Shown here piece by piece: positions 38,479 to 47,070 of a stretch of DNA of 64,000 nucleotides. The DNA comes from Candidatus Pacearchaeota archaeon. GTDB lineage: Archaea > Nanobdellota > Nanobdellia > Pacearchaeales > GW2011-AR1. How positions within the stretch are numbered: the stretch's first letter is position 1; every line of letters begins with the position of its first letter. The notes under the pieces are model-generated. The model worked only from the letters and a program-made list of their open reading frames with translations, made no database searches and was not told the origin of the DNA. The DNA lies in contig JAGVWX010000020.1 in the NCBI GenBank assembly GCA_018304105.1, positions 27,111-91,110 of the forward strand. The letters are read 5' to 3'. Made by a program: the position numbers and the translations under genes.

Positions 38479-39449
38479 TACTCGGCATTGAATCAACCGC
38501 GCATACATTCGGAGTTGCAGTCGCAGACAAAGGCAAAGTTCTTTCAAACATTCGGGACATGTACAAAACAAGTTCTGGAGGAATCATCCCAACAGAATCC
38601 GCAGCACACCATAAGAAACTTGCTCCAGAGATTTATCAAAAAGCTCTCGAGCAGGCAAATATTTCAGAATCTAAAATTACAGCTATCGCCTTTTCAAACG
38701 CTCCAGGTCTCGCGCCTTGTCTTCTTGCAGGATTAGAGTTTGCCCGTAAAAAAGCGAAAGAACTTAAGGTTCCAATCGTTCCAGTAAATCATTGCATTGC
38801 TCATTTAGAAATCGGGCAAAGCATTGGCGCGAAAGACCCAGTCTTGCTTTACGCATCGGGTGCAAACACGCAAATCATCGCTTACGCCGCGGGAAAATAT
38901 CGCGTCTTCGGTGAAACTCTTGATTTAGGTGTAGGAAATTTTATTGACAAAGTCGCGAGACATTTCGGTTTCGGCTTTCCTGGCGGTCCGGAAATAGAAA
39001 AGCACGCAAAGAACGGAAAATACATCGAGCTCCCTTATTCAATAAAAGGCATGGACGTTTCATTTTCCGGAATGCAGACAAAACTTCAGCAGATCTACGA
39101 CAAAGGCGAAAAAGTCGAGAACCTCGCATACAGTTTACAGGAAACTGCTTTCTCAATGTTGGTTGAAGCAGCCGAGCGCGCTCTCGCCCACACTGGAAAA
39201 AAAGAATTAGTTCTTGGCGGCGGCGTAGCATGCAACGCAAGATTGCAGGAAATGTGTCAGATAATGTGCAAAGAGCGCTTGCAAAAAACAAAATATTTCT
39301 GTCCAGAACGCTCGCTATTAGTTGACAACGCGGCGATGATTGCCTACACTGGAGAAATTATGCTTAAGGCAGGAATTAAATCCAATCCAGAAGACGTTGA
39401 CATCAAGCCCAGGGAAAGAACAGACCAAGTTAATGTTACTTGGAGATAA
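38475..39449 (+). CDS. kae1: tRNA t6A threonylcarbamoyltransferase Kae1
   Basis: GIESTAHT, VNHCIAHLE, SGANTQ, GETLD, GGGVACN, DNAAMIA. Confidence 0.96.
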   Translation: MILGIESTAHTFGVAVADKGKVLSNIRDMYKTSSGGIIPTESAAHHKKLAPEIYQKALEQANISESKITAIAFSNAPGLAPCLLAGLEFARKKAKELKVPIVPVNHCIAHLEIGQSIGAKDPVLLYASGANTQIIAYAAGKYRVFGETLDLGVGNFIDKVARHFGFGFPGGPEIEKHAKNGKYIELPYSIKGMDVSFSGMQTKLQQIYDKGEKVENLAYSLQETAFSMLVEAAERALAHTGKKELVLGGGVACNARLQEMCQIMCKERLQKTKYFCPERSLLVDNAAMIAYTGEIMLKAGIKSNPEDVDIKPRERTDQVNVTWR

Positions 39450-39505
39450 TCAAGCAAACGCTTTATTGTAAAAACATTTAAATAAGTTTAGATTTAAAAC
39501 AGATT

Positions 39506-40303
39506 ATGACAAGCCTACAGCTCACAAGGCCCATTGCATTTATCGATATTGAAACAACTGGTCTAAATACACAGCAAGACCGCATTGTAGAAATATGTGT
39601 AATAAAAATCCATCCGAATGGGGCAGAAGAAACGTTAAATTCGGTTATCAATCCCAATGTACCAATCCCTATTGAGTCCACACAAATTCATGGAATAACC
39701 GATTTGGACGTTAAAGAGAAACCAACCTTCAAAGAATTTGCCCCCGAACTAATTGATTTTATAGACAACTGTGATTTAGGTGGATTCGGAACAAAATTTG
39801 ATTTATCAGTTCTAGAATCTGAATTTAAAAGAGAGGGGATAGATTATTCTAAAGAAGGAAAACAAATAGTCGATGTTCAAATTATTTATCATAAGTTAGA
39901 GCCGAGAGACTTAAACGCAGCCCATTTAAGATATTGCGGTAAGCCTTTAGAAAATGCCCATAGGGCGCATATCGATGTTAGGGCAACTATAGACGTCCTT
40001 GAATCTCAGTTAGGGCAACATAATATTTTACCACATGATATTCTTGGTCTGTACGAATTTTGTAATCCAAAAAATCCTGCATGGATTGATGAAGATGGAA
40101 AATTTGCATGGTCTGAAGGAAAAGCCATTATAAATTTTAGAAATAAATACAAAGGAAGAACACTTGAATTTGTATCCAAAAACGATTCTTCTTATCTCCA
40201 ATGGATTTTCAATGCAGACTTCTCTGCTGAAGTTAAAGAGATTGCAAACAAAGCGATTAATGGTAAGTTTCCAGAACCTGCAAAGAGCAAGAATCTCGCA
40301 TAG
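39506..40303 (+). CDS. DEDDh 3'-5' exonuclease (DnaQ-like)
   Basis: FIDIETTG, FD, AHRAHIDV. Confidence 0.88.
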   Translation: MTSLQLTRPIAFIDIETTGLNTQQDRIVEICVIKIHPNGAEETLNSVINPNVPIPIESTQIHGITDLDVKEKPTFKEFAPELIDFIDNCDLGGFGTKFDLSVLESEFKREGIDYSKEGKQIVDVQIIYHKLEPRDLNAAHLRYCGKPLENAHRAHIDVRATIDVLESQLGQHNILPHDILGLYEFCNPKNPAWIDEDGKFAWSEGKAIINFRNKYKGRTLEFVSKNDSSYLQWIFNADFSAEVKEIANKAINGKFPEPAKSKNLA

Positions 40304-40418
40304 AAGGTTACGATGTCCTATTACTTTTAAAAAAAGTTTTCCAAAACTTTTCAAATCCGTAAAAACATTTAAATACCATCCTAATTCTTTCTAAATAAAC
40401 CAATGATAGGAGGTTCAA

Positions 40419-40727
40419 ATGGACTTCTATAATATCGTAGAGAGAGCAAAGAAAACTGGAAAAATTGAGAAAGGCACGAACGAAGTCACCAAGTCAGTTG
40501 AGCTTGGAACAGCGAAGTTTGTCGTTTATGCTGCCGACGTCCAGCCGAAAGAAATTGTTGCTCATCTTGCAGTTTTATGCAAGGACAAAGGCATTCCATG
40601 CAAAGAAGTTGATTCAAAGCAAAAGCTCGGAATCGCAGCAGGAATTCCGGTCGCAACATCTTCTGTCGCAGTGATTGACGCGGGCGAAGTCGCCAGTGAA
40701 ATTGCTAAACTTAAATCAGAATTATAA
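40419..40727 (+). CDS. rpl7ae: Ribosomal protein L7Ae (eL8)
   Basis: GKIEKGTNEVTKSVE...ADVQPKEIVAHL; SD GGAGGT. Confidence 0.95.
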   Translation: MDFYNIVERAKKTGKIEKGTNEVTKSVELGTAKFVVYAADVQPKEIVAHLAVLCKDKGIPCKEVDSKQKLGIAAGIPVATSSVAVIDAGEVASEIAKLKSEL

Positions 40728-40731
40728 TAAA

Positions 40732-41094
40732 ATGGAAACATCAGCAGTTGAAACCCAGCAGACACAAGGAGAATGGCCAGTAACAGAACTTGAGAGCAGA
40801 GGAGAATTAATCTGTCTCATTCGAGGCGATGTAATAAATATTAATGGCCGTAGAACAATGGTTTATGAAAATGACCAAAGAACAAAAACACTTGTTGTGG
40901 TAAGGGGAGGCCGACTGGGAATTGTCGGAGAGAAAAGACTGGAGGTAGTAGAAGAACAAACATTCTCTTATAATGAACTTGTTATTTCAGCAAGAGGTTT
41001 GGTTAACAGAGATCCTCCTTTTTCACATATAACATATACAACCGTGTTTGAAGATAGATTAGGACAAGAACTAACTGTAAGAGGTCTATTATAA
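40732..41094 (+). CDS. Orphan hypothetical protein between L7Ae and S28e
   Basis: ATG at 40732, TAATG-coupled to S28e. Confidence 0.65.
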   Translation: METSAVETQQTQGEWPVTELESRGELICLIRGDVININGRRTMVYENDQRTKTLVVVRGGRLGIVGEKRLEVVEEQTFSYNELVISARGLVNRDPPFSHITYTTVFEDRLGQELTVRGLL

Positions 41095-41378
41095 TGGCAA
41101 AACAACAAAGAGTAACGGATAAAACTTCCGAAGAAACAAGCGTTAGAAAAGTCGCTGAAGGAAATGCAGTCAATGGCTTAGTCGAGCAATTCATCGGCCG
41201 AACAGGCGCAAGAGGCGAAGTCACTCAGGCAAAAGTAAAAATCTTAGACGGCAGAAACAAAGGCCGTTCATTAAGAAGAAACATTAAAGGCCCTGTTAAA
41301 ATCGGAGACTTAGTCACATTAAGAGAAACTGAAATTGAAGCTCGAAGAATCAGGGGCCCCGGTGGGAGGTCAATGTAA
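41094..41378 (+). CDS. rps28e: Ribosomal protein S28e
   Basis: [15 protein letters not shown]...[11 protein letters not shown]...[10 protein letters not shown]. Confidence 0.95.
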   Translation: MAKQQRVTDKTSEETSVRKVAEGNAVNGLVEQFIGRTGARGEVTQAKVKILDGRNKGRSLRRNIKGPVKIGDLVTLRETEIEARRIRGPGGRSM

Positions 41379-41760
41379 TGGCAGGAGAAAGAATAGAATT
41401 ATTCAAAAACGGAAAAGTTATTCAAGCTCATATTCCAGGATACTCTCTTGCTCAACGTACTGACGCTGAACGAGCAATAATCGATTCAGGATTTGAACCA
41501 AGCGGGCATAATTTATCTAACTACGATGTAACAGGACACGATGAGCATTCAATGCACTTCTGGCATCACGAAACCGGTATAGGCTATATTGTATTAACTG
41601 GTCGCGATTGTACCGAAATTGCGCCTTTGCAAGCAGAACTCTTGAAACACATTGACACGGCAGATAGAAATTTCGCTTTGGGCTTGCCTCTGGAGTCTGA
41701 CGAGAAAACTATTGCAGTAATTAAAACAATGAGAAAACCAAAGAGGTCAATGTAGTGGCA
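41366..41760 (+). repeat. 18-bp direct repeats GAGGTCAATGTA(A/G)TGGCA at 41366-41383 and 41743-41760
   Basis: 17/18 identity; each copy holds SD + stop + start. Confidence 0.85.
41378..41755 (+). CDS. Orphan hypothetical protein (paralog A)
   Basis: TAATG-coupled to S28e; shares SNYxVT-x8-F-x7-GY with the next ORF. Confidence 0.7.
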   Translation: MAGERIELFKNGKVIQAHIPGYSLAQRTDAERAIIDSGFEPSGHNLSNYDVTGHDEHSMHFWHHETGIGYIVLTGRDCTEIAPLQAELLKHIDTADRNFALGLPLESDEKTIAVIKTMRKPKRSM

Positions 41761-42126
41761 TCCAAGAGGGGACCAAACGCAAGAGCAAAACTGCCTAAAA
41801 GCAAGGTCCAGGCAGATGTCGGCTTAACAGTAGAAAGAGCGCGTGCATTAGCTGAAGAGATGTTCCCTGAGGCAGACATAAGTAACTATGTTGTAACAGA
41901 TGTACCTTCAGGAGCAGTGGTCTTTTCTATAGAAGACGGACGAAAAGGTTATGCTTTTTTTGCACCTAACGGAACATCTTACTCTGGAGACCCAGTTGCA
42001 CGAGCTAATATTTTTGCCGAAGGCCATAAAGCAATAGGCAGAACCGTAAAAAGAGAAGTAGACCTTACCAGAAATGTTGTAGGAATTTATTGGGAATCAG
42101 ACAACGAAGGGAGGGCGCATGGTTAA
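41755..42126 (+). CDS. Orphan hypothetical protein (paralog B)
   Basis: TAGTG-coupled; overlaps the L24e start. Confidence 0.7.
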   Translation: MASKRGPNARAKLPKSKVQADVGLTVERARALAEEMFPEADISNYVVTDVPSGAVVFSIEDGRKGYAFFAPNGTSYSGDPVARANIFAEGHKAIGRTVKREVDLTRNVVGIYWESDNEGRAHG

Positions 42127-42391
42127 ATGCACATTCTGCGGAAGAGAAGAGCATGCTTTCAAAGGAATTAATTTAATAAAAAATACGGGAGTTGTCGCAT
42201 ACTATTGTTCAAGCAAATGCCAGAAAAATTCTGAAAAACTAGGACGTGATAAAAGAAAAGTCCGCTGGACCGAAGCATTTCACATAACAAGAAACAAAGC
42301 AATCGCTAAAGCGCAGACCGAAAAAGACAAGCCTTCAGTTCAGGAAGAAGCCAAAAAGGAAAAGAAGCTTGCTAAAGCAGAAAAGAAATAA
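42119..42391 (+). CDS. rpl24e: Ribosomal protein L24e
   Basis: CTFCG...YCSSKCQKN..LGR..RKVRWT. Confidence 0.93.
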   Translation: MVKCTFCGREEHAFKGINLIKNTGVVAYYCSSKCQKNSEKLGRDKRKVRWTEAFHITRNKAIAKAQTEKDKPSVQEEAKKEKKLAKAEKK

Positions 42392-42398
42392 AATTAAT

Positions 42399-42413
42399 TT
42401 TACCGTCGACAAA
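42399..42413. promoter_or_regulatory. Pseudo-palindromic motif TTTnYCGnCGRnAAA upstream of the gyrase operon promoter
   Basis: TTTACCGTCGACAAA; related copies at 36935-36949, 57039-57053 and 63867-63881. Confidence 0.4.
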
Positions 42414-42478
42414 CCCTATTTTTTCTCAGAAAGGTTTTTAAACCTTCATCACCATTTCTAAGCGTCTGAGGTTCTCTC

Positions 42479-43444
42479 ATGGTTGATAAAAACGAAGCAA
42501 TAAAGGATTATTCATCCAAAAATGTCAAGGTATTGGAAGGCTTGGAAAGTATCCGAAAACAGTTTGATGTAATTGAACTATCCAAGAATGTAAAGCGGCA
42601 AGGAGACATACTTACTCTCTCGCAAGAGCTTAAAATAAATTATTCTAGCTTAAAGAGGGCGGTTGAAGAGGGAAGAATACTGCAGATTTTTCCAAGTTTA
42701 AACAAAAGCAAGGTTCTGCCATTGTCAAGATTAAAAACAGAAAGAGATTTTTCTGAATTTTCGAGACTCAACGATTTAGATCTGCTTTCCACTAGAGAAA
42801 TCTACAAAAGAGTCAAACAATGGAATGTCGATTTGCAGAAAAATCCGCGAGATTTGTTAAATCGGGAAGAACACGATTTGATTATCGGTAGTTTATTGGG
42901 CGATGCGAGCATCAGAAAAAGATTAAGGAATTCCTGTTTTCGGGTGGCTCATTCAGTCAAACAAGAAGAATATGCAAAATACAAACAAAACGTCTTAAGA
43001 ATATTCGGAACTTCCGAATACACAGAAAAAGAAAGAATAATAAAAGAAAGGACTGTTAAGATGTTTTACTTTTCCACCAGGACGCATCCGGTTTTCAATT
43101 ATTATCGAAATCTATTTTATAATTCTGGCAGAAAGCAAGTAACGCGGGAGATATTATCGCAGCTTAACCCTTCCAGCTTAGCGATATGGATTTGCGACGA
43201 CGGAAGTTACGAAACAAAGCAAGGTTATATCATACTGTGTACAAATTCTTACTCTAAAGAAGAACATTCGCTAATGAAGAAATTTTTCAATGAAAAGTTC
43301 GGCCTCAATCCAACAATAGGTTTCAGAGATGGCAAATATTATTACTTACGGTTTAAACAAGACGATAGTAAAAAATTAATTGAGATTGTAAGGCCGTTTA
43401 TCCCGGAAAGCATGAAATACAAAATTGGAGAAAAAAATGACTGA
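42479..43444 (+). mobile_element. Free-standing LAGLIDADG homing endonuclease with a GyrB-like N-terminal peptide
   Basis: DLIIGSLLGDASI and LAIWICDDG motifs; N-terminal DYSSKNVKVLEGLESIRK resembles GyrB EYTAKNIKVLEGLTAVRA; no intein termini. Confidence 0.88.
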
Positions 43445-46400
43445 AGGTGCCGAATACACAGCTAAGAACATTAAAGTGTTAGAAGGATTAACCGCAGTTC
43501 GAGCAAGACCGGCGATGTACATAGGTTCTACCTCAAAAAACGGCCTCCACCACTTAGTTTATGAAATAGTTGACAACTCAGTCGATGAAGCAATGGCTGG
43601 CTACTGCGATAAAATAGAAGTCACAATAAACAAAGACGGTTCTGTAACAGTTATAGACAACGGAAGAGGAATTCCAGTTGACCCTCATCCAGTTTACAAA
43701 AAATCCGCAATGGAAATCGCAATTACAAAACTTCATGCAGGAGGAAAATTCGACAAAGGAAGCTACGCAGTTTCAGGCGGCCTCCATGGAGTCGGTATCT
43801 CAGTCGTAAACGCATTATCAAAGCACATGAAAGTTTCAGTTAAGCGTGACGGAAAAATCTACCAGCAGGAATACAAAATCGGAAAGCCCCTTTACGATGT
43901 AAAAGTCGTAGGCAAAGCCGAAAAAGACGACACGGGAACTGAAGTAACTTTCTTTCCAGATGACACAATTTTCACTTCAACCCAATTTGAATTCGGCGTT
44001 TTAGAAACGCGATTCAGAGAAATAGCTTTCCTAAACAAGGGAGTAAAAATAACCCTGGAAGAAGAAGCAACAGACAAGAAAGAAATTTTCCACTACGAAG
44101 GTGGCTTGGAAGAATTCGTAAAATGGGTAAACAAATCAAAAGAAGCTTTGCACAAGCCGATATATTTCACAAAAACAGAAGAGAAAGTAGTAGTTGAAGT
44201 CGCGGTTCAGTACAATAACGGTTACCAGGAAAATGTTTTGGGTTTTGTAAACACAATCAACACAGTTGAAGGCGGAACTCACGTCGTAGGATTCAAGACT
44301 GCCTTGACAAGAGCAATAAATGACTATTCTAACAAAAACAAAATGAGCAAGGACGGCAATCTCACAGGCGACGACGTTCGCGAAGGTCTTACCGCAATCA
44401 TTTCCGTAAAAGTTCCAGAGCCGCAGTTCGAAGGCCAGACAAAAACAAAATTAGGAAACAGTGAAATAAAGGGAATCGTTGACAGCGTTTCCATGGCATC
44501 TTTGCAAGAATTCTTCGAAGAAAATCCCGCAATCGCCAGGAGAATCGTAACAAAATCTTTAGAATCACAAAGAGCCAGGGAAGCTGCAAGAAAAGCCAAA
44601 GACCTTGTAAGAAGAAAATCTGCATTTTCTTTTGGCGGCCTTCCAGGAAAGTTAGCGGACTGTTCAAAGAAAAGCTCGCAGGAAACTGAGTTGTTCATTG
44701 TCGAGGGAGATTCTGCAGGAGGTTGTTTTTCAGGCGATACAGAAATTGCCCTTGCTGATGGTAGAATCTTATCATTCAAAGAGTTGCTCAAAGAAAATAA
44801 ACATGGCAAGCAAAACTTTTGTTATACAATAAGAGAAGATGGCTCACTAGGAATTGAAAAGATAAAAAATCCAAGAATCACAAAAACAAACACTTCAGTC
44901 ATAAAGATAATTCTCGATAATGGTAAAGAAATAACTTGCACGCCAAACCACAAGTTTATGTTAAGAAACGGTGTTTACAAAGAAGCAAAAGATTTAACCA
45001 CAAGCGATTCTTTGATGCCATTGCATAAAAGAATTTCAAAAATCGGCGGAAGGATTACGATAGACGGTTATGAAATGGTCTGGGATCCGAAAAAAACTTG
45101 GGTTTTCACACACCTTCTGGCAGACGAACACAATTTAAAGAATCAGGTTTATCTCAAAGAACAAGGAAACCACAAGCACCATATAGATTTTAACAAGCTA
45201 AACAATAACCCGACGAATATTGTTCGGTTGTCTAAAAAAGAGCATCTAATTCTTCACACAAACCATTTAGAAAAAACAATTCACAGTGCAGAAAGCAAAC
45301 AGAAAGCCGCCGAGGCGCATAAAACTTTGTCATATCGAGAAAGTGTAAGAAAATGGGCTTCTCAGCCAAAGGTTAAGGAAACGCTCTCGAATAAAGCAAA
45401 AGAGCAGTGGAAAGATTCGGGATACAAATCAGAGATGAAGAGAAAATTCTTAGAATTTTACAATTCAAATGAAGAATATCGTAATCAAAATAAATCGCAA
45501 CTTAACGAGGAACAACAAAAATATTGGGCAAACCCCGAAAATAGAAAAAAAGCAGCAGAAAAAGTCAAGATATTCTTTGAAGAGAATCCAGATGCTAAGA
45601 AATATCTTTCAGATTTAGCTACGGAACAATGGAAAGACGAAGCAATTTTGATTTGGAGAAGACAAAAGACGAAAGAACAATGGACTCCAGATTTCAGGGC
45701 AAAAAGAAAAGTCTCTTATGACCAAACTTATTACAATAAAACAATCGCATTAATGAAAAGCGTTTTGGAAAAAAACGGCAGCTTAGCACAATTCGATGAA
45801 GAAAGAATGAAGAACAAAGACCACTCGATTTTAAGTATGGAAACATTTTGTTCGAGATTTTTCAATAAAAACCCTGATAAGATGATTGAATCTGTTAAGC
45901 TTTATAACCACAAAATAAAGCGAATCGAATTTCTAAATGAAAAAATTGATGTATATGACATCGAAGTTCTGAATACGCACAATTTTGCTTTAGCATCAGG
46001 AATTTTTGTTCATAACAGTGCAAAGCAAGGCCGAAACAAAGAGTTCCAGGCAGTCCTTCCATTGAAAGGCAAAATCATAAACGTTGAAAAAGCAAATCCC
46101 ATTAAAGCGCTTTCAAGTGAAGAAATATCAAATTTAATCACTGCAATGGGCACAGGCGTCGGCGATCAGTTCGACCCTGAAAAAATAAGATACTCAAAAA
46201 TAATAATCATGACTGATGCAGACGTTGACGGCGCGCACATCACAACTTTGTTATTGACTTTCTTCTTCCGCTTCATGCCGAAGTTAATTGAAAATGGAAA
46301 TATTTACATCGCAGTCTCCCCGCTTTACAGAGTCAGAAAGAAAAGCATTCATTACGTCTATTCAGACGATGAACTTAAAAAAATAGTTGCAAAACTTGGG

Positions 46401-46619
46401 CAAAACGTAAACGTTCAGAGATTCAAGGGTTTGGGAGAAATGAATCCTGAACAACTTTGGGAAACAACAATGAATCCAAAGGAAAGGCTTTTGAAAAAAG
46501 TTATGATTGAAGACGCCGTCAAGGCAGACGAAACATTTTCTAAATTAATGGGCGATGACGTTGAAGCAAGAAGGCAATTCATTGCAGAGCGCGCTCACGA
46601 GGCAAACGTAGACATTTAA
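43437..46619 (+). CDS. gyrB: DNA gyrase subunit B (intein-containing)
   Basis: RPAMYIGST, EIVDNSVDE, GGLHGVG, EGDSAGG|SAKQGR, MTDADVDG, RFKGLGEMN; start ATG at 43437. Confidence 0.96.
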   Translation: MTEGAEYTAKNIKVLEGLTAVRARPAMYIGSTSKNGLHHLVYEIVDNSVDEAMAGYCDKIEVTINKDGSVTVIDNGRGIPVDPHPVYKKSAMEIAITKLHAGGKFDKGSYAVSGGLHGVGISVVNALSKHMKVSVKRDGKIYQQEYKIGKPLYDVKVVGKAEKDDTGTEVTFFPDDTIFTSTQFEFGVLETRFREIAFLNKGVKITLEEEATDKKEIFHYEGGLEEFVKWVNKSKEALHKPIYFTKTEEKVVVEVAVQYNNGYQENVLGFVNTINTVEGGTHVVGFKTALTRAINDYSNKNKMSKDGNLTGDDVREGLTAIISVKVPEPQFEGQTKTKLGNSEIKGIVDSVSMASLQEFFEENPAIARRIVTKSLESQRAREAARKAKDLVRRKSAFSFGGLPGKLADCSKKSSQETELFIVEGDSAGGCFSGDTEIALADGRILSFKELLKENKHGKQNFCYTIREDGSLGIEKIKNPRITKTNTSVIKIILDNGKEITCTPNHKFMLRNGVYKEAKDLTTSDSLMPLHKRISKIGGRITIDGYEMVWDPKKTWVFTHLLADEHNLKNQVYLKEQGNHKHHIDFNKLNNNPTNIVRLSKKEHLILHTNHLEKTIHSAESKQKAAEAHKTLSYRESVRKWASQPKVKETLSNKAKEQWKDSGYKSEMKRKFLEFYNSNEEYRNQNKSQLNEEQQKYWANPENRKKAAEKVKIFFEENPDAKKYLSDLATEQWKDEAILIWRRQKTKEQWTPDFRAKRKVSYDQTYYNKTIALMKSVLEKNGSLAQFDEERMKNKDHSILSMETFCSRFFNKNPDKMIESVKLYNHKIKRIEFLNEKIDVYDIEVLNTHNFALASGIFVHNSAKQGRNKEFQAVLPLKGKIINVEKANPIKALSSEEISNLITAMGTGVGDQFDPEKIRYSKIIIMTDADVDGAHITTLLLTFFFRFMPKLIENGNIYIAVSPLYRVRKKSIHYVYSDDELKKIVAKLGQNVNVQRFKGLGEMNPEQLWETTMNPKERLLKKVMIEDAVKADETFSKLMGDDVEARRQFIAERAHEANVDI
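44724..46016 (+). mobile_element. GyrB intein (431 aa) with HNH-type endonuclease
   Basis: CFSGDTEIAL...CTPNHKF...HHIDFNKLNNNPTN...EH...YDIEV..THNFALASGIFVHN|S. Confidence 0.93.
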
Positions 46620-46620
46620 C

Positions 46621-47070
46621 ATGATGAAACAGATTTTAATTAAGAAAACTGAAAGCAAGAATATCGTAGAAGGAGCAGAAGAGTACGCGACAAGAATGCA
46701 TGCTGGACAAAAAAGGCAATATATTGCGGCAGCTTGGCTTCATGACGTTGTTGAGGACACAAGCGCCACAATAGGAAATATTAAAAATAATTTTGGTGGG
46801 GCGATGGCAAATATTGTAGCTATTTTAACAAAAGGAAGTAATGAGGAGGAATATGCTAAAAGATTTGCTAAATGTAAAAAAGAAATTGCCTTAATTAAGC
46901 TAGCAGATTTTTATGACAATACTAGTATGCTTATTCATTTAGACAAAAAGCACAAAGAACAATATACTTATTTTGCCGAGAAATTTTATTTACCACTAGC
47001 AAGAAAATTAAACAAATCTTTATATGAGAAAATAAAAAATAACATTGATGGAGTAAGACCTAAAACATGA
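46621..47070 (+). CDS. HD-domain (SpoT/Mesh1-like) protein with an internal deletion
   Basis: HAGQKR...[11 protein letters not shown]...IKLADFYDN; the usual PY..HP segment is missing. Confidence 0.7.
   Translation: MMKQILIKKTESKNIVEGAEEYATRMHAGQKRQYIAAAWLHDVVEDTSATIGNIKNNFGGAMANIVAILTKGSNEEEYAKRFAKCKKEIALIKLADFYDNTSMLIHLDKKHKEQYTYFAEKFYLPLARKLNKSLYEKIKNNIDGVRPKT

Noticed and set aside
42479..43444. Intein or spliced intron interrupting gyrB
   Set aside because: No Cys/Ser start or HN end, the ORF has its own stop, and downstream gyrB has a complete N-terminus; no convincing BHB or group I core recognised
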